Shown here piece after piece: positions 30,001 through 45,000 of a stretch of DNA of 64,000 nucleotides. The position numbers were made by a program, and so were the translations under genes. Positions within the stretch are counted from its first letter, which is position 1, and each line of letters opens with the position of its first letter. The notes beneath the pieces were generated by a model, which saw only the letters and a program-made list of their open reading frames with translations, searched no databases and was not told where the DNA came from. This DNA is from an uncultured Planctomycetota bacterium (GTDB lineage Bacteria > Planctomycetota > Planctomycetia > Isosphaerales > Isosphaeraceae): NCBI GenBank assembly GCA_963823665.1, contig CAWGMQ010000010.1:2208001-2272000 (forward strand), in the 5' to 3' direction.

Positions 30001-33000
30001 GGGTCGAGGTTGGGGTCGAGCTGGCTGACGATCCGGATCTGGCCGACGGTCGAAGTGCTGGAGGGGTTGCTGAAGTTGATCGTATAGGGAAGCGGCTGGC
30101 CCGTCGGCACGAAGTCCGGTGTGCCCGAGCCGAACGGTCCGACCAGTTGCGCCTGGCCCGTTGTCCCCTGCCCGTTCAGGAACGGCGAGAAGTCCGTGGG
30201 CTGAACCGGAACGTAGTTGGGGTTTTCGGGGTTGCTCGAGTCGATGTCGCCGTTCATATCGTAATCGTTGGCGTAATTGACATAGACCGTGAATGACTCG
30301 GTTTGCGTCGGGCTTGACTCCTGCAGGTCGAAGGCGCTGTTGGGCGGTGCATTGCCGGCCACGATGGTGCCCGCTGCGTCCGGGTCCGGGCTGTCGACGT
30401 AACGGCTGCCGATGTATGGGCTCGTCTGGGTCGGGTTACTGCCGTACCACTTGATGACCTGGTCGAAGAACTGGGGAAGGTTGCCGGTTGTGATGATCTG
30501 CTGCCCGGCGGGCCCGGCCAGGATGCCCGCCGCCAGAGTGTCGATCAGGGTGATGACGTCGGGATCTTGCTGGGCCGCCGGGGGCACGTCCGACGGGAGG
30601 AGGAGCCCGGCCTCTGTCAACGCGGCGAGGTAGAGATCAGTCCAGGAGGTCGGGTCGGATGCCAGCACCTGCAAAGACGCGGATGCCGTCGGATCTTGCA
30701 GGATAGCCGAGCGCAGCGTCAGCGCTTCCTGGGTCTGCTGCGCGATGAACTCGGCGGTCGTCAGCGGGGTCGCCGACGCCGTGATATCGAACTGGAACGC
30801 GGTGTCAGAGGGCGGATTCTCACTGGCGTCCGGAGGCAATCCGTCGGGGTAGGTCTGAACCGCGAGGGTCTCGCCCAGGTTCGAGCCATCGGCGAAATCG
30901 AGGGCGTAGGCAGTCGACAGGTCCTCGCCTCCGGTGTTGACCACGGGATTGACGCTCGCCCACGGGACATCGGCAACCTGCGGGTTGTCCTCCGCCCCCA
31001 GATTGGTGGTGAGTGCCAGGTACGGGTACAGGCCCGTCCCTGGATCAGTCTCGGTGATCCCGCCAAGCTCGGGGATTCCGACCTCGAACTCGACGTAGGG
31101 GATGTCGACGTTGGTCAAGCTCTCGAGCGAGAAGCCGTAGATGGCGTTCTGGCCGGCCGTCAGGACCCGCGGGCCGCCAAGCGCCACGGCGACGTCGGGA
31201 GGCAGGGCCTGCTCGACGAGATACCGATAGGGGGCAATCGCTTCAGTGCCGTCGGGGTTGATCACCACGACGTCGTACAGGCCATGCGGCGCGTTTGTGA
31301 AGTCAAAGACTGCCGTGATCGTGGTGCTGTCGACCACCTGGTAACTCACCGGCTCGTACTCGGCGATGCCCGGGCGGACCAGCTTGACGATTGCCTGGAG
31401 GTCGAACTGTGCGCCGAGGATTGTGGTGGTGACGTACTGGCCGTCGCCCCCCTCGTCGGTCTGGACGTCGGTGATCTCGAACGGCAGGACGTTGGCCACG
31501 ACGCTGACGGGCGTGTTGGCGGCCGACTCTGACTGACCGCGCACCAGGATGAGATATTCGCCAGCCTGGGTCGAGGGAATGACCGCGAACTGGTTGGCTT
31601 GCAGCGCCCCCTGGTAGGCGGCGTCGTACTCGGAGCCGCTCGGCACGGCCTGGTAGCGCAGGTACAGTTCGTTGGAGGCGGATGCATCGGACGAGGTCAG
31701 GTCAACCCGGAGCGTCTGGCCGAGCCCGACCTGGACCTCGTACACTCTGTCCTGGCCGGTGCTCAGGGTTGTCTGTACCGGCACTCCCAGTTGCAACTCG
31801 GGGACGGTCACGTTCACGACGTCGGCCGAAGCGGTGGTGTTGTTCAGGTAGTTGCTCTCGACGACCTCATCGAAAATGTCGGTGCGGACGATGATCCGAT
31901 ATTGGCCGGCGGCGGCGTCCGGCAAGTTTGCGTTGAGAGTGGAGGTGTACGTGCCGCCCGGGAGCACCGTCCCGCTGTAGACCACCTGGCCGATCAAAGG
32001 GTCGCTGATGTCCCAGGTGGCGCCGCTGGCGAGATAGACCGAGTCGGTCCAGGAGCCGCTGGCGGCATTGGCTCCGACGTTCTGGACCGTCCACTGGATC
32101 TGCACCGGGTCGCCCGACTGGGCCGACGACGGGATCGTGATCGTCTGGACGGTCAGATCCGCCGGCGGCGGGACGTCAAATACCAGCGGGGTCGCCGTGG
32201 CCGTCGTGTTGTCGTACTTGTTACCCCCCTCGTAAACGACGCCTCTCGGGTCAGTGATGACGATGATATACCAGGGGCCGGAGAGATTGCGCGTCGCTTG
32301 GAAAGTGGCTGTCACCTGATAGCTCTGGCCCGCGTTCAGCCCGCCGGTGTGGTCCTCCTCGGCGAGGAAGGTGTCGCCCGAGTCGAGCAACTGGTCGCGA
32401 GACAAGAAGATCCAATCCACCCATGACGATTGCCGCGCTGGTGTACCGCCGGCGCCCGCGTTGGTGACCGTGTAGGTGACCGTGTAATTCTGCCCGGTCT
32501 GTACATGATCCGGCTGGCTCGGGTCGGGTCCCACCGCGGTCACCGATGACACCTGGAGGTCGGGCGAATTGGCCAGCAGCACCGGGAGGGAGGCCGCCGT
32601 GATGTTGTTCCCCTCACCCTGGTACTCGTCGACGCGCCCAAAAAACGGATCTGAGCCATCGTTATAGAGGCCAGGAACCGTGGGACTACCCGTCTCATTC
32701 GAGTCCGTGAAGACCAGGATGTAGAAATTGCCGTGGATCCCATCGGGGAGCTGCACGTTCAACGACGCGTTGTACTGGGCCCCGGTCATGAGGATCGACG
32801 AATGCGTGACCTGGCCGAGCATGTACGACTGGTCGTCGAGCGACGGCGAGTCCGAGAGGTAGACACGGTCGATCCAGTAGCCAACGCGCGTATCGCGGTT
32901 GCCGACGTTCGTCACGGTCCAGCTCACCGGGATCACATCGCCGGAATACACCGGTGTGGAGGGCACGACCAGGTTCGTGACCTCCAGGTCCGGCTCTCGG

Positions 33001-36000
33001 TAGATGACCGTGAGGGTCTGCGATCCCTGGTTGTTGGTCGGGTCTTCGTAACCGTTGGTCGTGTAGTAATCGCGGCTCGTGTCGTTGTCGCGGTACCCCG
33101 TGTTCGTCGTGCCCGATGGATCGGTGATCACGTAGACATAGAAGGTCTGGGGGTCGGCCGCGGTCCCGCCGATCCCCTTCGGCAGGGCGAACGTGAGCGA
33201 CTGCGTGTAACTCTGGCCGGTCCCAAGCGTCTGGACATTGTTGTATGCGACCACGCCGGCGAGAGTGTTGCCGTTGGTATTGAAGGTCGGGTACGGCGAG
33301 ATGTACACGTCATCGACCCAGTATTGCGTGCCCGACCAGACGGTGTTGCCAAAGTTCGTGACCGTCCACTGGACGGTCGTGTTCTCGCCTGAGTAATTCG
33401 GTGACTGGGTGACGATCGACGTAACCTGGAGGTCGGCCGGCGCCAGGGGCGTGACCAGCGTCGGGCCGGTGTTGGTGTTGTTGTTCGTGTTGGGGCCTTC
33501 CCATGTCGGTGGGATCGAGTTATCACCAATGGAGCCGCCGGTGTTGGCGTCAACGATGACGTACTTACCGGCGATCTCGGGCGAGAGCTGGAACGTGGCC
33601 TGGGCGTTGTAGCTGCCGCCGACCGGCACGATGCCGTCGTGCTCGATGGTGCCGAGGGTCCACTGGTTCGCCCCGGGGGCGTTGAGTGTGGGCTGGTTCG
33701 ACAGGTAGACCCGGTCGAACAGGGTCGCACCTTCGGTAGGGCCGGTTCCCTGGTTCAGTACCGTCCAGTTCACCGTGAAGGAGTCGCCCCCCACGGCCGT
33801 CGGCTGGGCCGCGACCGAGCTGACCACAAGGTCCGGCGGAAGGGGAGCGGGGGGTGGCGGTGTGAGAAGAACGGTGATGGGTCTCGCCTTCCAGTTGTCG
33901 TTGTAGAGCTCGTTGGGGTCATCGGGATTGATGTTTGCGTCGAGCGTCGTCTTGAGCACCTGGTCGAAGGTGTCGGCCCAGGCGGTGATGTAGTACTGGC
34001 CCGAGATTCCCGAAGGGAGCGTGACCGTCGCGGTCTCGGTGTAACTCGTCGGTGGGATAAGTACGCTGGGATCGTTGCCGAGCACGCCGTTGTGCGACAG
34101 CGTCGCCAGGACCACATCCCCTTTGCTGGCGCCCGGCCGGGTGGGATCGTGCGCCAGCCAGATCGTGTCGGTCCAGCTCGGGACATCGGTGACATTCAAC
34201 CCCTTGTTGGTAACGGTATAGCTGACCGTGAACGACGTTCCGTCGAACGCCTGATCAGGGGCGGTGACCTGGCCCGTGACGAGGTCCGCGGGGGGCAAGG
34301 CGTTGACGTAGATCGGCGAGACGAAGGTGTTGTTCCCCTCGTTAGGCGTCTCGTTGACGGCGTTGCCCGAATCGGTGTACACGATCAGGTAGCCGGCGCC
34401 GGCGAAGGTGTCCGGAATGAGCAAGTCGCCGGTCATGGTCTCGTAGCTCTGGCCGGGTAGAAGCGCCGATTGGTTGGGGAAGGAACCCAGCACGATGGCA
34501 TTACTGTCGAGCGTGCCGTCGAGTGAGAGGTAAACGGTATCGGTCCAGTGCGGAGTGGTGGTGGGGACGGTCCCCTGGTTGATGACCGTGAAATCGAGCG
34601 AGACCGTTCCGCCGGCGTTAGCCTGCGAGGGGGCTGTCACCGATGAGAACCTGGAGGTCGGGGTTGGGCGGCAGCGTGAGAGTGAGCTGATTTGGGTCGA
34701 CGTACGTATCGTTGGCCGTGGCCCCGTTTTCGAAGAGACCGGTCGCCGTGGTCACGGCGAACTGGAAGACCCCTTGCACGTTCGAAGGCAGTCCCACCAG
34801 CTCGTCCCGGCTGTACGACTTGCCGGCCTGGAGGGGCAGCGTGTAGGAGAACTGGCCCAGGTTGTACACCGCCCCGCCGCCCACCTGACGCAACTGCAGC
34901 GAGTCGGTCCAGGGCGTGTTGGCATCGCCGGGTCCAAGATTCTGGACGGTCCAGGAGACGTCGACCTGGTCGCCGGCGCCGGCGGTGGTCGGGGCGACGA
35001 TCTGAGTCGGGGTCAGGTCCGGAGCGGGGGTCAGTGTCACGGTCAGAGGGCCCGAGACGTTGGTGTTATTGGTCGTGTAGATGAACTCGTAGGGCCCGCC
35101 AGTGTGGACGACGACATAATAGGTTCCCTGCAATGTAACCGGCAGAGTGACCTCGACGGTGTGCGTGTAGCTGCCGCCCGGGGCGAGGACGCCGATGTGC
35201 TCGAACCCACCGAGATCCACGACGATGTTGGTGCCGGCGGGGTCAGTCGCCAGGCTGACTTCGTCGCTCCAACTGCTGGTGTTGGTGACGCCGATTCCCT
35301 GGTTGGCCACGGTCCAGGAGATCTGAACCGGCTGGCCGCTGGCTCCAGTCGGAGACACGGTCACCGAGGGTACCACCAGATCGGCGTAGGGGATGGGGCT
35401 GACGTCGAACAGGTTCGGGGCCTCGGCGTAGTTATTCGCCGTGTTGCCGTTCTCGAAGACGGCGCCCGTCGAATTGGTCTCCACGAACAGGTGGTACTGG
35501 CCCTCGAAGTGCGGCGGCAGCAGGAACGTCTGGGTCTGCGAGTAGCTGGCTCCGACGGCGAGGAGGCCCTGGTGAGTGAACTGAGCGATGGTGGTGCCGT
35601 CGGTCGGGTCGTCATCCGGAGAGGCGATCACGGCATCGGTCCAGGTGGCGACTGTGCCGGGGCCGTTCCCCTGATTCGTCACCGTCCAGCCCACGGTGAC
35701 CTGCGCCGGGTCGCCGATCGTCAGGCTCGGGGCCGAGACGGCGGACGCGGCCAGGTCGGCATAGGGCGCCAGGCTCGCGGTCACGGTCTGGCTCGTGGAG
35801 TTGTTACTCTCGGCAGTGCTCGTGCCGCCGGGGCCGGCCTCGTTCCACTCGAAGACCTGGTTGTAGTAATCAGTCGTCACCGTGACCTGGATCTGGCCCG
35901 CGCCGGGCGTGCCCTGGGGTAGCGTGAAGCCGATCTGCCTGGAGATCGCCTGGCCGGCCGCGATCGGTCCGTTGCCGCTCGCGGTGGGATCATACGGGAC

Positions 36001-39000
36001 ATCCTGGGTCCCCAGCGGCTTGCCGGTCGTTGTGTTCTGGATGACGACGTGATCGATGAATGCACCGTTGACCGGGGCGTTCCCGGTGTTGGAATCGCTC
36101 CACTGGATCGAGAGATTGTCGCCCGACTCCAGGCCCGTAGACGGTGACACGATCAGGCTCGGGACGGTCAGGTCGGGATAGGGCGCCAGAGTCGAGGAGA
36201 CAGTCAAGCTGGAGGTATTGTTCGATTGCGCGGTGCTCGTGTCGTTGGGGCCGGCGGTGTTGTACTCGAAGACTTGGTTGTAGACGTTAGTCGTGACCGA
36301 GAACTGGATCTGGCCGACGCCCGGCGCCCCGTTCGGAAGCGTCACCATGAACTGGCGGGCGCGCGAGTCGCCAGCCGCGATTGGACCGTTGCCTGCGGCC
36401 GACGGGTCGTAGAGAAGGGTCGATGTGCCGAGGACCTCGCCGGTCGTGGAATTGGTCACGGTGATGGAGTCGTACCACGAGCCCTTGGTGGCGCCGTTGC
36501 CGGTGTTAGCGTCATCCCAGCTCAAGGTCACGTCACCTCCTGATTGGAGCCCGGCGCTGGGGGTCGCGGAGAGCATGGTGACCTGAAGGTCGGGATATGC
36601 CGCGAGGGTCGACTTGGTGGTGATGCTCGCGCTGTTGTTTCCGTACGCGGGGTTGCCGCTGCCATCGTATTCCTTGACGGTTTGACCGCTGTCGGTGGTC
36701 ACCGTGATCTGGAAATTGCCGGTTCCCGCCGGGCCGTCGGGGAGTGTGAAGGAGAACTCTTGCTGCGCGCTTGTGGCGCCGACGGCCAGGCTGGCGTTGC
36801 CGGAGACATTGCCCGACGTGATGTTCGTCAGGCTATTGTCGGGGTTCACCCTCTGCACCAGCACATAGTCATTGAAGGCGGCGCTCACCGCGGCGTCGCC
36901 CTGGTTCGTGTCGTTCCAGGTGACCGTCACCGCGCCGCTCGATTGCGGAGTCGCCGGTGTGACCGCCAGCGAGCCGGAGGCCACGACCAGGTCGGCGTAG
37001 TTCCCCAGCGTTGACGTGATCGTGATGCTCGAGCTGTTGTTGCCATACGCGGGATTGCCGTTGCTGTCGAATTCCTTCACGGTCTGCCCGCTGTCGGTGG
37101 TCACCGTGATCAGGAAGTTGCCCACTCCCGCCGCGCCGTCGGGGAGAGCGATGGTGAGTTGCTGCTGGTCGCTGGTGGCGCCGGCGGCCAAGGTGGCGTT
37201 GCCACTCACGGTTCCGGTAGCGATGGTGCTCAGGCTGTTGCCGGAATTCACTTTCTGCACCAGCACCGAGTCGTTGAAAGCGGCACTCACCGCGGCGTCG
37301 CCCTGGTTCTCGTCGTTCCAGGTGACCGTCACCGCGCCGCTCGAATACGGATTGGTGGGCGTGGCCGCCACCGAGCCGGGGGACACGACCAGGTCGGCAT
37401 AGCGCCCCAGGGTTGACGTGGTGGTGATGCTGGCGCTGTTGTTGCCGTAGGCGGGGTTGCCGTTGCTGTCATACTCCGCGACGGTCTTTCCGCTGTCGGT
37501 GGTCACAGTGATCAGGAAGTTGCCCACTCCCGCTACGCCGTCGGGAAGAGCGAGGGTGAGCTGCTGCTGGGCGCTGATGGCGCCGGCGGCCAGGGTGGCG
37601 TCACCACTAACGGTGCCGCTCGCGACGGTGGTCAGGCTGTTGCCGGAATTCACTTTCTGCAGCAGCACCGAGTCGTTGAAAGCCGCGTTGACCGCGGCGA
37701 GGCCCTGGTTCTCGTCGTTCCAGGTAACCGTCACCGCGCCGCTCGAATACGGATTGGTGGGCGTGGCCGTTACCGAGCCGGGGGCCACGATCAGGTCGGC
37801 GGAGTTCCCCAGCGTTGACGTGGTGGTGATGCTCGCGCTGTTGTTGCCGTAGGCGGGGTTGCCGTTGCTGTCGTACTCCTTGACGGTCTGCCCGCTGTCG
37901 GTGGTCACCGTGATCAGGAAGTTGCCTACCCCGGCCGGCCCCTCGGGGAGGGTGAAGTTGAACTGCTGCTGCGCGCTGGTGGCGCCGGCGGCCAGGCTGG
38001 CGTTGCCACTGACGGTTCCGGTAGCGATGGTGGTCAGGCTGTTCTCGGAATTCACTTTCTGCACCAGCACCGAGTCGTTGAAAGCGGCACTCACCGCGGC
38101 GTCGCCCTGGTTCTGGTCGTTCCAGGTGACTGTTACCGCGCCGCTGGATCGCGGATCGGTGGGCGCGGTCCCCAGCGAGCCGGGGGCCACGATGAGGTCG
38201 GCGTAGTCGGCCAGGGTTGAGGCGAAATTGATCGAGCTGCTGTTATTGCCTCCAGCGGTGCCGGCCGTGTTGTACTCGGCTTCGGCGTGGTTGGCGTTGA
38301 CCGTCACCGTGGCCTCGATCGTGCCCACGCCCGGGGCGCCGTCGGGCAAGGTGAACGACGTGGAGAGAGTCGCCGATGCGCTGCCGGGCTGAATGCTCGC
38401 GCCGGTGTAGGGGACATTGGCGCTATACAGGGCAGCGCCGGTGGTGGTGTTGACCACCGTGACCTGGTCGCTCCAGCCGCCGGTCGTGGCCAGGACGCCC
38501 GTGTCGGCATCTGTCCAGGTCAGTGTGACCGGATTGCCCGACTGCGGACTGGCCGGGCTGGATTGGGTCAGGTTCGTGACCGTGAGATCGCGCGTGGCTG
38601 TGAAGGTCGTGGCCGACGTGTCGTTGGCGACGGCACTCGCGTGGCCCTGGAGGTTGTCCTCGTAGATGCTCTGGTCGGAGTTGGTGGTGACTGACACGTC
38701 GAAATCACCGGCACTGTCGACCGTATAGCTCCCGGTGAACGGCTCGGTGTGCGCGGAGGTGCCTCCGTTGGCCGCCAATCCGCCGCTGAAGCTCAGGGGC
38801 GTGTTCACGACGGTCACGCCGGTGGTCACGTCCTTGACGACGAGCTGCTCGGCCCAGTTGTTGGCCACGGCGCCGTCGCCCTGGTTGACCGTGTCCCACG
38901 ACAAGGAGAAGCTGCCGGCGGCGCTCGGCCCGTTGACTGTCAAGCCCTGGACAATGAGGTCGGCGTAAGGGGCCAGGTTGACGGTAAAGGTGCCATTGCC

Positions 39001-42000
39001 GTTGGGGCCGCCGCTGGAGACCGTGACGGAATCACCTCGGCCGATGGTACTCTCGTCCACCTGCTCATTGGTGTCGGTTTGCACGATGATGTAGTAGTTG
39101 CCGCTGATGCCGTCGGGCAACATGACGGTTTCCGTGGCGGTGTAGCTCTGCCCCACGGCCAGGACGCCCGAGTGACCGAAGACACCGTTATTGCCGCCCA
39201 AGGGGATGTCGTCGCTGTTGCCGTAGGTGGTGTCCAGGGAAAGGACGGCCCGGTCGCTCCAGTTGTCCACGTTGGTCGCTGCCTGGCCGTCATTCGTGAC
39301 CGTCCAGCTAAAGGTGACCGGCTGCCCGCTTTCGATGTTGCTGCCGCTGGGGAGGGAGATGCTCGTGACTTCCAGGTTCGGCAATGCCGTCAGGCTGCTG
39401 GTGGGAACAATCTGCACGTTCATGACGTACTGATCGAGCAATCCGCCGTTGCCGCTGCCGCCTTGCATGAGCGCGTAATACGTACCCGTCTGCGTGATAT
39501 CGATCTGGCCGACGCTGTCGAACGGGCGCCCGTTGGTCTTGTTCTGGTAGACGTCGGAGGCGTTGTAGACCGACACCACCGGGCTGAGCACGCTCAGCGA
39601 GGTCAGTTGCGTGCTCAGCAGGATCGAGTAACCGGCCTGGACCGTCCCGAGATTGAAGTAGTTGAGATCCGACGAGTTCATGATCGTCCCGCCGACGTTC
39701 GCCACCTCGCTGTTCCCGCTGGCGGCCAGCGAGAGGGTGTCGGCAGTGGCGATCGTAGTGTTGGGCTCCTTGTCCAGTTGCAATGGCGGCGTCGCCGAGG
39801 AAACCCAGAACCGGTACTCGCCGTAGTAGCCGTTACTGATGTGGACCGAGATCGTGTAGGTCCCGGTCCCGGGCAAGTTGACTGGCGCGCTCTCGGCATT
39901 CCCATTGTAGTTGGTGTTGAAGCTGGTCAGGGTCGTCGAGCCGTTCGGTTCAGTGACCACATAATTGAGCTGGGACCCGGAAGGACTGTTCGGATTCTGA
40001 GTCGAGATGACCAGTGAATTGCCGGACGTGCCGCTGAACGTCCAGTAATCGACGTCGGAGTTATTGATGAGGGCGCCACGGCCGCCGGCCACGAATAGCC
40101 CCGTTCCCGCCGGGTCGCCGGTGAGCGTCAGTGCTGTGGGGTTTGCGGAATTGTCCGAGGAGCGGCCCTGGTTCGTGAAGGGAGTCACGCCGGCAACCGA
40201 GAACTGGAGGCTGAACGGATTCTGGGCGTTGCCCATGCGGTCGGTCAGCCCGGAGATGGTGAGCGTGTAACTTCCCGGCTGGAGCGGGCCGTCAGTGATC
40301 GAGTAATAGGCCGAGGTGCCGCTCGTGTAGCCGGGGTTCGACAGGTGGTAGACGTTGCCGTTGCTGTCTTGCAGCACGTAGTTGGCCAGGTTGTTGACAG
40401 TCGCCGCGTTCAGGTCTTCCGAGAAGCCCAGCGTCACTTGATTGATGATGCTAGTGGACATGTTGCCCTGCGCTGGCAGGCTCGGAGCTGTGATAGTAGG
40501 GCCGTTGGTGTTGGCGACGTCGATCGAGAGCACGTACTGGCCCAGGAGTCCGGTCGATTCGGGGACCACGGCCGAGATCGAGCCGCCGCTGAACTGGTAG
40601 GCCGTGTTGCTGTCGTTGCCCAGCGCACCAGACACGCCCAGGGTGATGCTGCCGCCGAATCCGGCGTTGTCGAAGTTGCCCGAGCTGTCGTAGGCTACCG
40701 TGCCGTTGCTCTCGCCCAGACGGTAATAGGCCACCGGGTTCTGGCTCAGGATCACCGAGCTGTAGCTGCCGCTGTTGCGGGCAGCGTACTGGGCCTGGAT
40801 CTGCGCGGCCGTCAATGTCCCGTCGAAGTAGGCCACCTCGTCGAGCACGCCGGTGAAGGCGTAGCCCGCCCCGACGTAGTTGCCGATGACGGTGCTGGTG
40901 GCGACCAGCGGCGCACCGACGGTTGTACCCACACGTTGGGTCAGGGTCTGCTGCACGCCGTCGATCCAGAGCTGATCGTTGGTGACGACGCCATCGACAA
41001 AGACCGCCGTGACCAGATGCCAACTGTTGGCCAGCCCGGCGCTGCTGATGCCGTAAACGTAGCTCTCGTTGGTGTCGAAGCCAAACGAGCCGCTGTTGAG
41101 GAACAGGTTGTAGTTGTTGCTGAAGCTGATCGGCATCTCGCTGTTGGTGCCGTTCCAGTTCATCCAGAACGAGACCGTGGTCGTGCTGGCCGAGCTGACC
41201 CGGGCGTAGTAAGTACCCCCCTGGCCGGCGGGCACGGTGTAGCTGAGCGTATTGCCCGCCGTCACGTTGTTGGTCTCGTTCGTGCCGGCGGCATTGTAGA
41301 TGTTGAGCACGCCCCCCAGCAGGCTGGTGGCCGGCTGAGACAGCGTCAGATTCAACTGGGTACCGGCCAGCACGTTGCCCAGACTGAAGAAATCGCCGCT
41401 GCCATCATTCTGGCTGATGTAGCCGGCCACCGTCGCCGTCAGGTTCCCCGGCGAGGTGTTGGTCAGCACCGGGACATTGGGACTGCTGCTGACCGAGTCG
41501 TTGTAGTGGCTCACCAGTTGCAGCGTCGGCGGCGCTTCGGTGACCCGGAAGCGATACTCGCCGGTGTAGCCGGAGTTGGGCGTGACCTCGATCAGGTAGG
41601 TGCCCGTGTACGGCAACGTGATCGGGCCCGACTGGCCCTGGCCGTTGTTGTTGCTGGAGTTGCTGGAAGTGAAGGATGTCAAGATGCTGCCGAAGGAGTT
41701 CTCGACATAGTAATTCAGGTAGGTGTTTCCGGCGTTGCCCGGCGTCTCCGACGCCACCTGCACCACGTCGCCGGCCTTCCCCGTCCAACTGAAGAAATCG
41801 ACATCCGAACTGCTGGACATATTGCCCCGGCCGTAGCCCGACTCCAGCCCGGTGGTCGCATCCACCGGCAGCGCCTTGACCATGTTGGGCACCAGAACCG
41901 TGACGCTATTGCCGTTGTAGTTGGCGGTGGCCAGTTCGGTGACGCCGTTGCCGTTGAACACCCCGGCGGTGATCCCGATGGGGTTGCCCCCCCCGACCGA

Positions 42001-45000
42001 GATGCTGATTGCCGGCTGCAAGGTACCGTCGCCGTTGCCCAGCAGCATCCCCACCACGTTGTTGCCGTAGCCAGCCACCGCCAGGTCCTGGTTGCCGTCG
42101 TCGTTCAAGTCGGCCGCCACCAAGTGGTAGGGACTGCTGCCGCCGGCCGCGTAGTTCACCGCCGTCGCAAACGTGCTCGCCGTGAATGCCGCCCCTGGCG
42201 TCCCCTGGTTCAAGAGCACGCTCACCGTGCTGTTGCCGTTGTTGGCTGTCGCCAGGTCAACCTTGCCATCGCTGGTGAGTTGCACGGCCACCACGTCGAT
42301 CGGGTTGGTGCTGCTGCCGGTCGCGTAAGTGATCTGGGTGCCGAACGTGCCGTTGCCGTTGCCCGGCAGGATGCTCACCGTATTGCTGCCGTAGTTGGCG
42401 GTCGCCACGTCCAGCTTGCCGTCGCCGTTGAAGTCGGCGATGACCAGGTTGCCGGGGTTCGAGCCCACGGGATAGTTGACGGCGCTGGCGAAGGTGCCAT
42501 TGCCCTGGTTCAAGAGCACGCTCACGTTGGCGCTGTTCCAGTTGGCCACCGCCAGGTCGTTGCCGTTCTTGCCGTCCAGGTCGGCAATGGCAACGCCCCG
42601 CGGGCTGGAGCCAACCGCGTAAGTGACCGGGGTCTGGAAGGTGCCGTCGCCGTTGCCGAAGAGCACACTGACGCTATTCGAGCCGTAGTTGGCCACGGCG
42701 ATATCGGCCTTGCCGTCACCGTTCAAGTCGCCGATGGCAACGGCGATCGGGTTACTGCCGACCGCGTAAGTCACCGGGGCCTGGAAGGTGCCGTTGCCGT
42801 TGCCCAAAAGCACCGAGATCGTGCCGCTGTTGTAGTTGGCCGTGACCAGGTCAAGCGGCTGGCCGGCACCGCGCAGGGCCGCCGAGGCGGTGAAGTAGGG
42901 CTGGTTGCCCGAAACCGAGTACGAATTCGGCGAGTAGGTCCCGTCCGGCTGGCTGGTGGGTGTCACCAGCGGCGTCGCCGTCCCGGGGCTGTTGTTATTA
43001 CGGCTCTCCAGGGTGTAGGGCGCGACGCCGGTTACGTTGAACGAGAGGGTGTAGGGCACCAGCAGGTTGCTGGTCCGGTCGGTCAGCCCGGAGATGGTGA
43101 GCGTGTAGCTGCCCGGCTGGAGCGGGCCGTCGCTGATCAAGTAACCGGCCGAGGTGCCGCTCGAGTAGCCCGGGCTGGTCATATGGTAGACGTTGCCCTG
43201 GCTGTCTTGCAGCAGGTAGTCGGCCATGTTGTTGACCGTTGCCGCGTTCAGATCCTCGGAGAAATTGAGCGTGAAGCGGTCGATCACCGCTGATGAAGTT
43301 GAGCCCTGTCCGGGCAGCGTGTCGCCGGTGATCTGCGGCGACGTCGTGTTGGCGACATCGATCGAGAGCACGTACTGGCCCAGCAGTCCGGTCGATTCGG
43401 GGACCACGGCCGAGATCGAGCCGCCGCTGAACTGGTAGGCCGTGTTGCTGTCGTTGCCCAGCGCACCAGACACGCCCAGGGTGATGCTGCCGCCGAATCC
43501 GGCGTTGTCGAAGTTGCCCGAGCTGTCGTAGGCTACCGTGCCGTTGCTCTCGCCCAGACGGTAATAGGCCACCGGGTTCTGGCTCAGGATCACCGAGCTG
43601 TAGCTGCCGCTGTTGCGGGCAGCGTACTGGGCCTGGATCTGCGCGGCCGTCAATGTCCCGTCGAAGTAGGCCACCTCGTCGAGCACGCCGGTGAAGGCGT
43701 AACTCCCGCCGACGTAGTTGCCGATGGCGGTGCTGGTGGCGACCAGCGGCGCACCGACGGTTGTACCCACACGTTGGGTCAGGGTCTGCTGCACGCCGTC
43801 GATCCAGAGCTGATCGTTGGTGACGACGCCATCGACAAAGACCGCCGTGACCAGATGCCAACTGTTGGCCAGCCCGGCGCTGCTGATGCCGTAAACGTAG
43901 CTCTCGTTGGTGTCGAAGCCAAACGAGCCGCTGTTGAGGAACAGGTTGTAGTTGTTGCTGAAGCTGATCGGCATCTCGCTGTTGGTGCCGTTCCAGTTCA
44001 TCCAGAACGAGACCGTGGTCGTGCTGGCCGAGCTGACCCGGGCGTAGTAAGTACCCCCCTGGCCGGCGGGCACGGTGTAGCTGAGCGTATTGCCCGCCGT
44101 CACGTTGTTGGTCTCGTTCGTGCCGGCGGCATTGTAGATGTTGAGCACGCCCCCCAGCAGGCTGGTGGCCGGCTGAGACAGCGTCAGATTCAACTGGGTA
44201 CCGGCCAGCACGTTGCCCAGACTGAAGAAATCGCCGCTGCCATCATTCTGGCTGATGTAGCCGGCCACCGTCGCCGTCAGGTTCCCCGGCGAGGTGTTGG
44301 TCAGCACCGGGACATTGGGACTGCTGCTGACCGAGTCGTTGTAGTGGCTCACCAGTTGCAGCGTCGGCGGCGCTTCGGTGACCCGGAAGCGATACTCGCC
44401 GGTGTAGCCGGAGTTGGGCGTGACCTCGATCAGGTAGGTGCCCGTGTACGGCAACGTGATCGGGCCCGACTGGCCCTGGCCGTTGTTGTTGCTGGAGTTG
44501 CTGGAAGTGAAGGATGTCAAGATGCTGCCGAAGGAGTTCTCGACATAGTAATTCAGGTAGGTGTTTCCGGCGTTGCCCGGCGTCTCCGACGCCACCTGCA
44601 CCACGTCGCCGGCCTTCCCCGTCCAACTGAAGAAATCGACATCCGAACTGCTGGACATATTGCCCCGGCCGTAGCCCGACTCCAGCCCGGTGGTCGCATC
44701 CACCGGCAGCGCCTTGACCATGTTGGGCACCAGAACCGTGACGCTATTGCCGTTGTAGTTGGCGGTGGCCAGTTCGGTGACGCCGTTGCCGTTGAACACC
44801 CCGGCGGTGATCCCGATGGGGTTGCCCCCCCCGACCGAGATGCTGATTGCCGGCTGCAAGGTACCGTCGCCGTTGCCCAGCAGCATCCCCACCACGTTGT
44901 TGCCGTAGCCAGCCACCGCCAGGTCCTGGTTGCCGTCGTCGTTCAAGTCGGCCGCCACCAAGTGGTAGGGACTGCTGCCGCCGGCCGCGTAGTTCACCGC

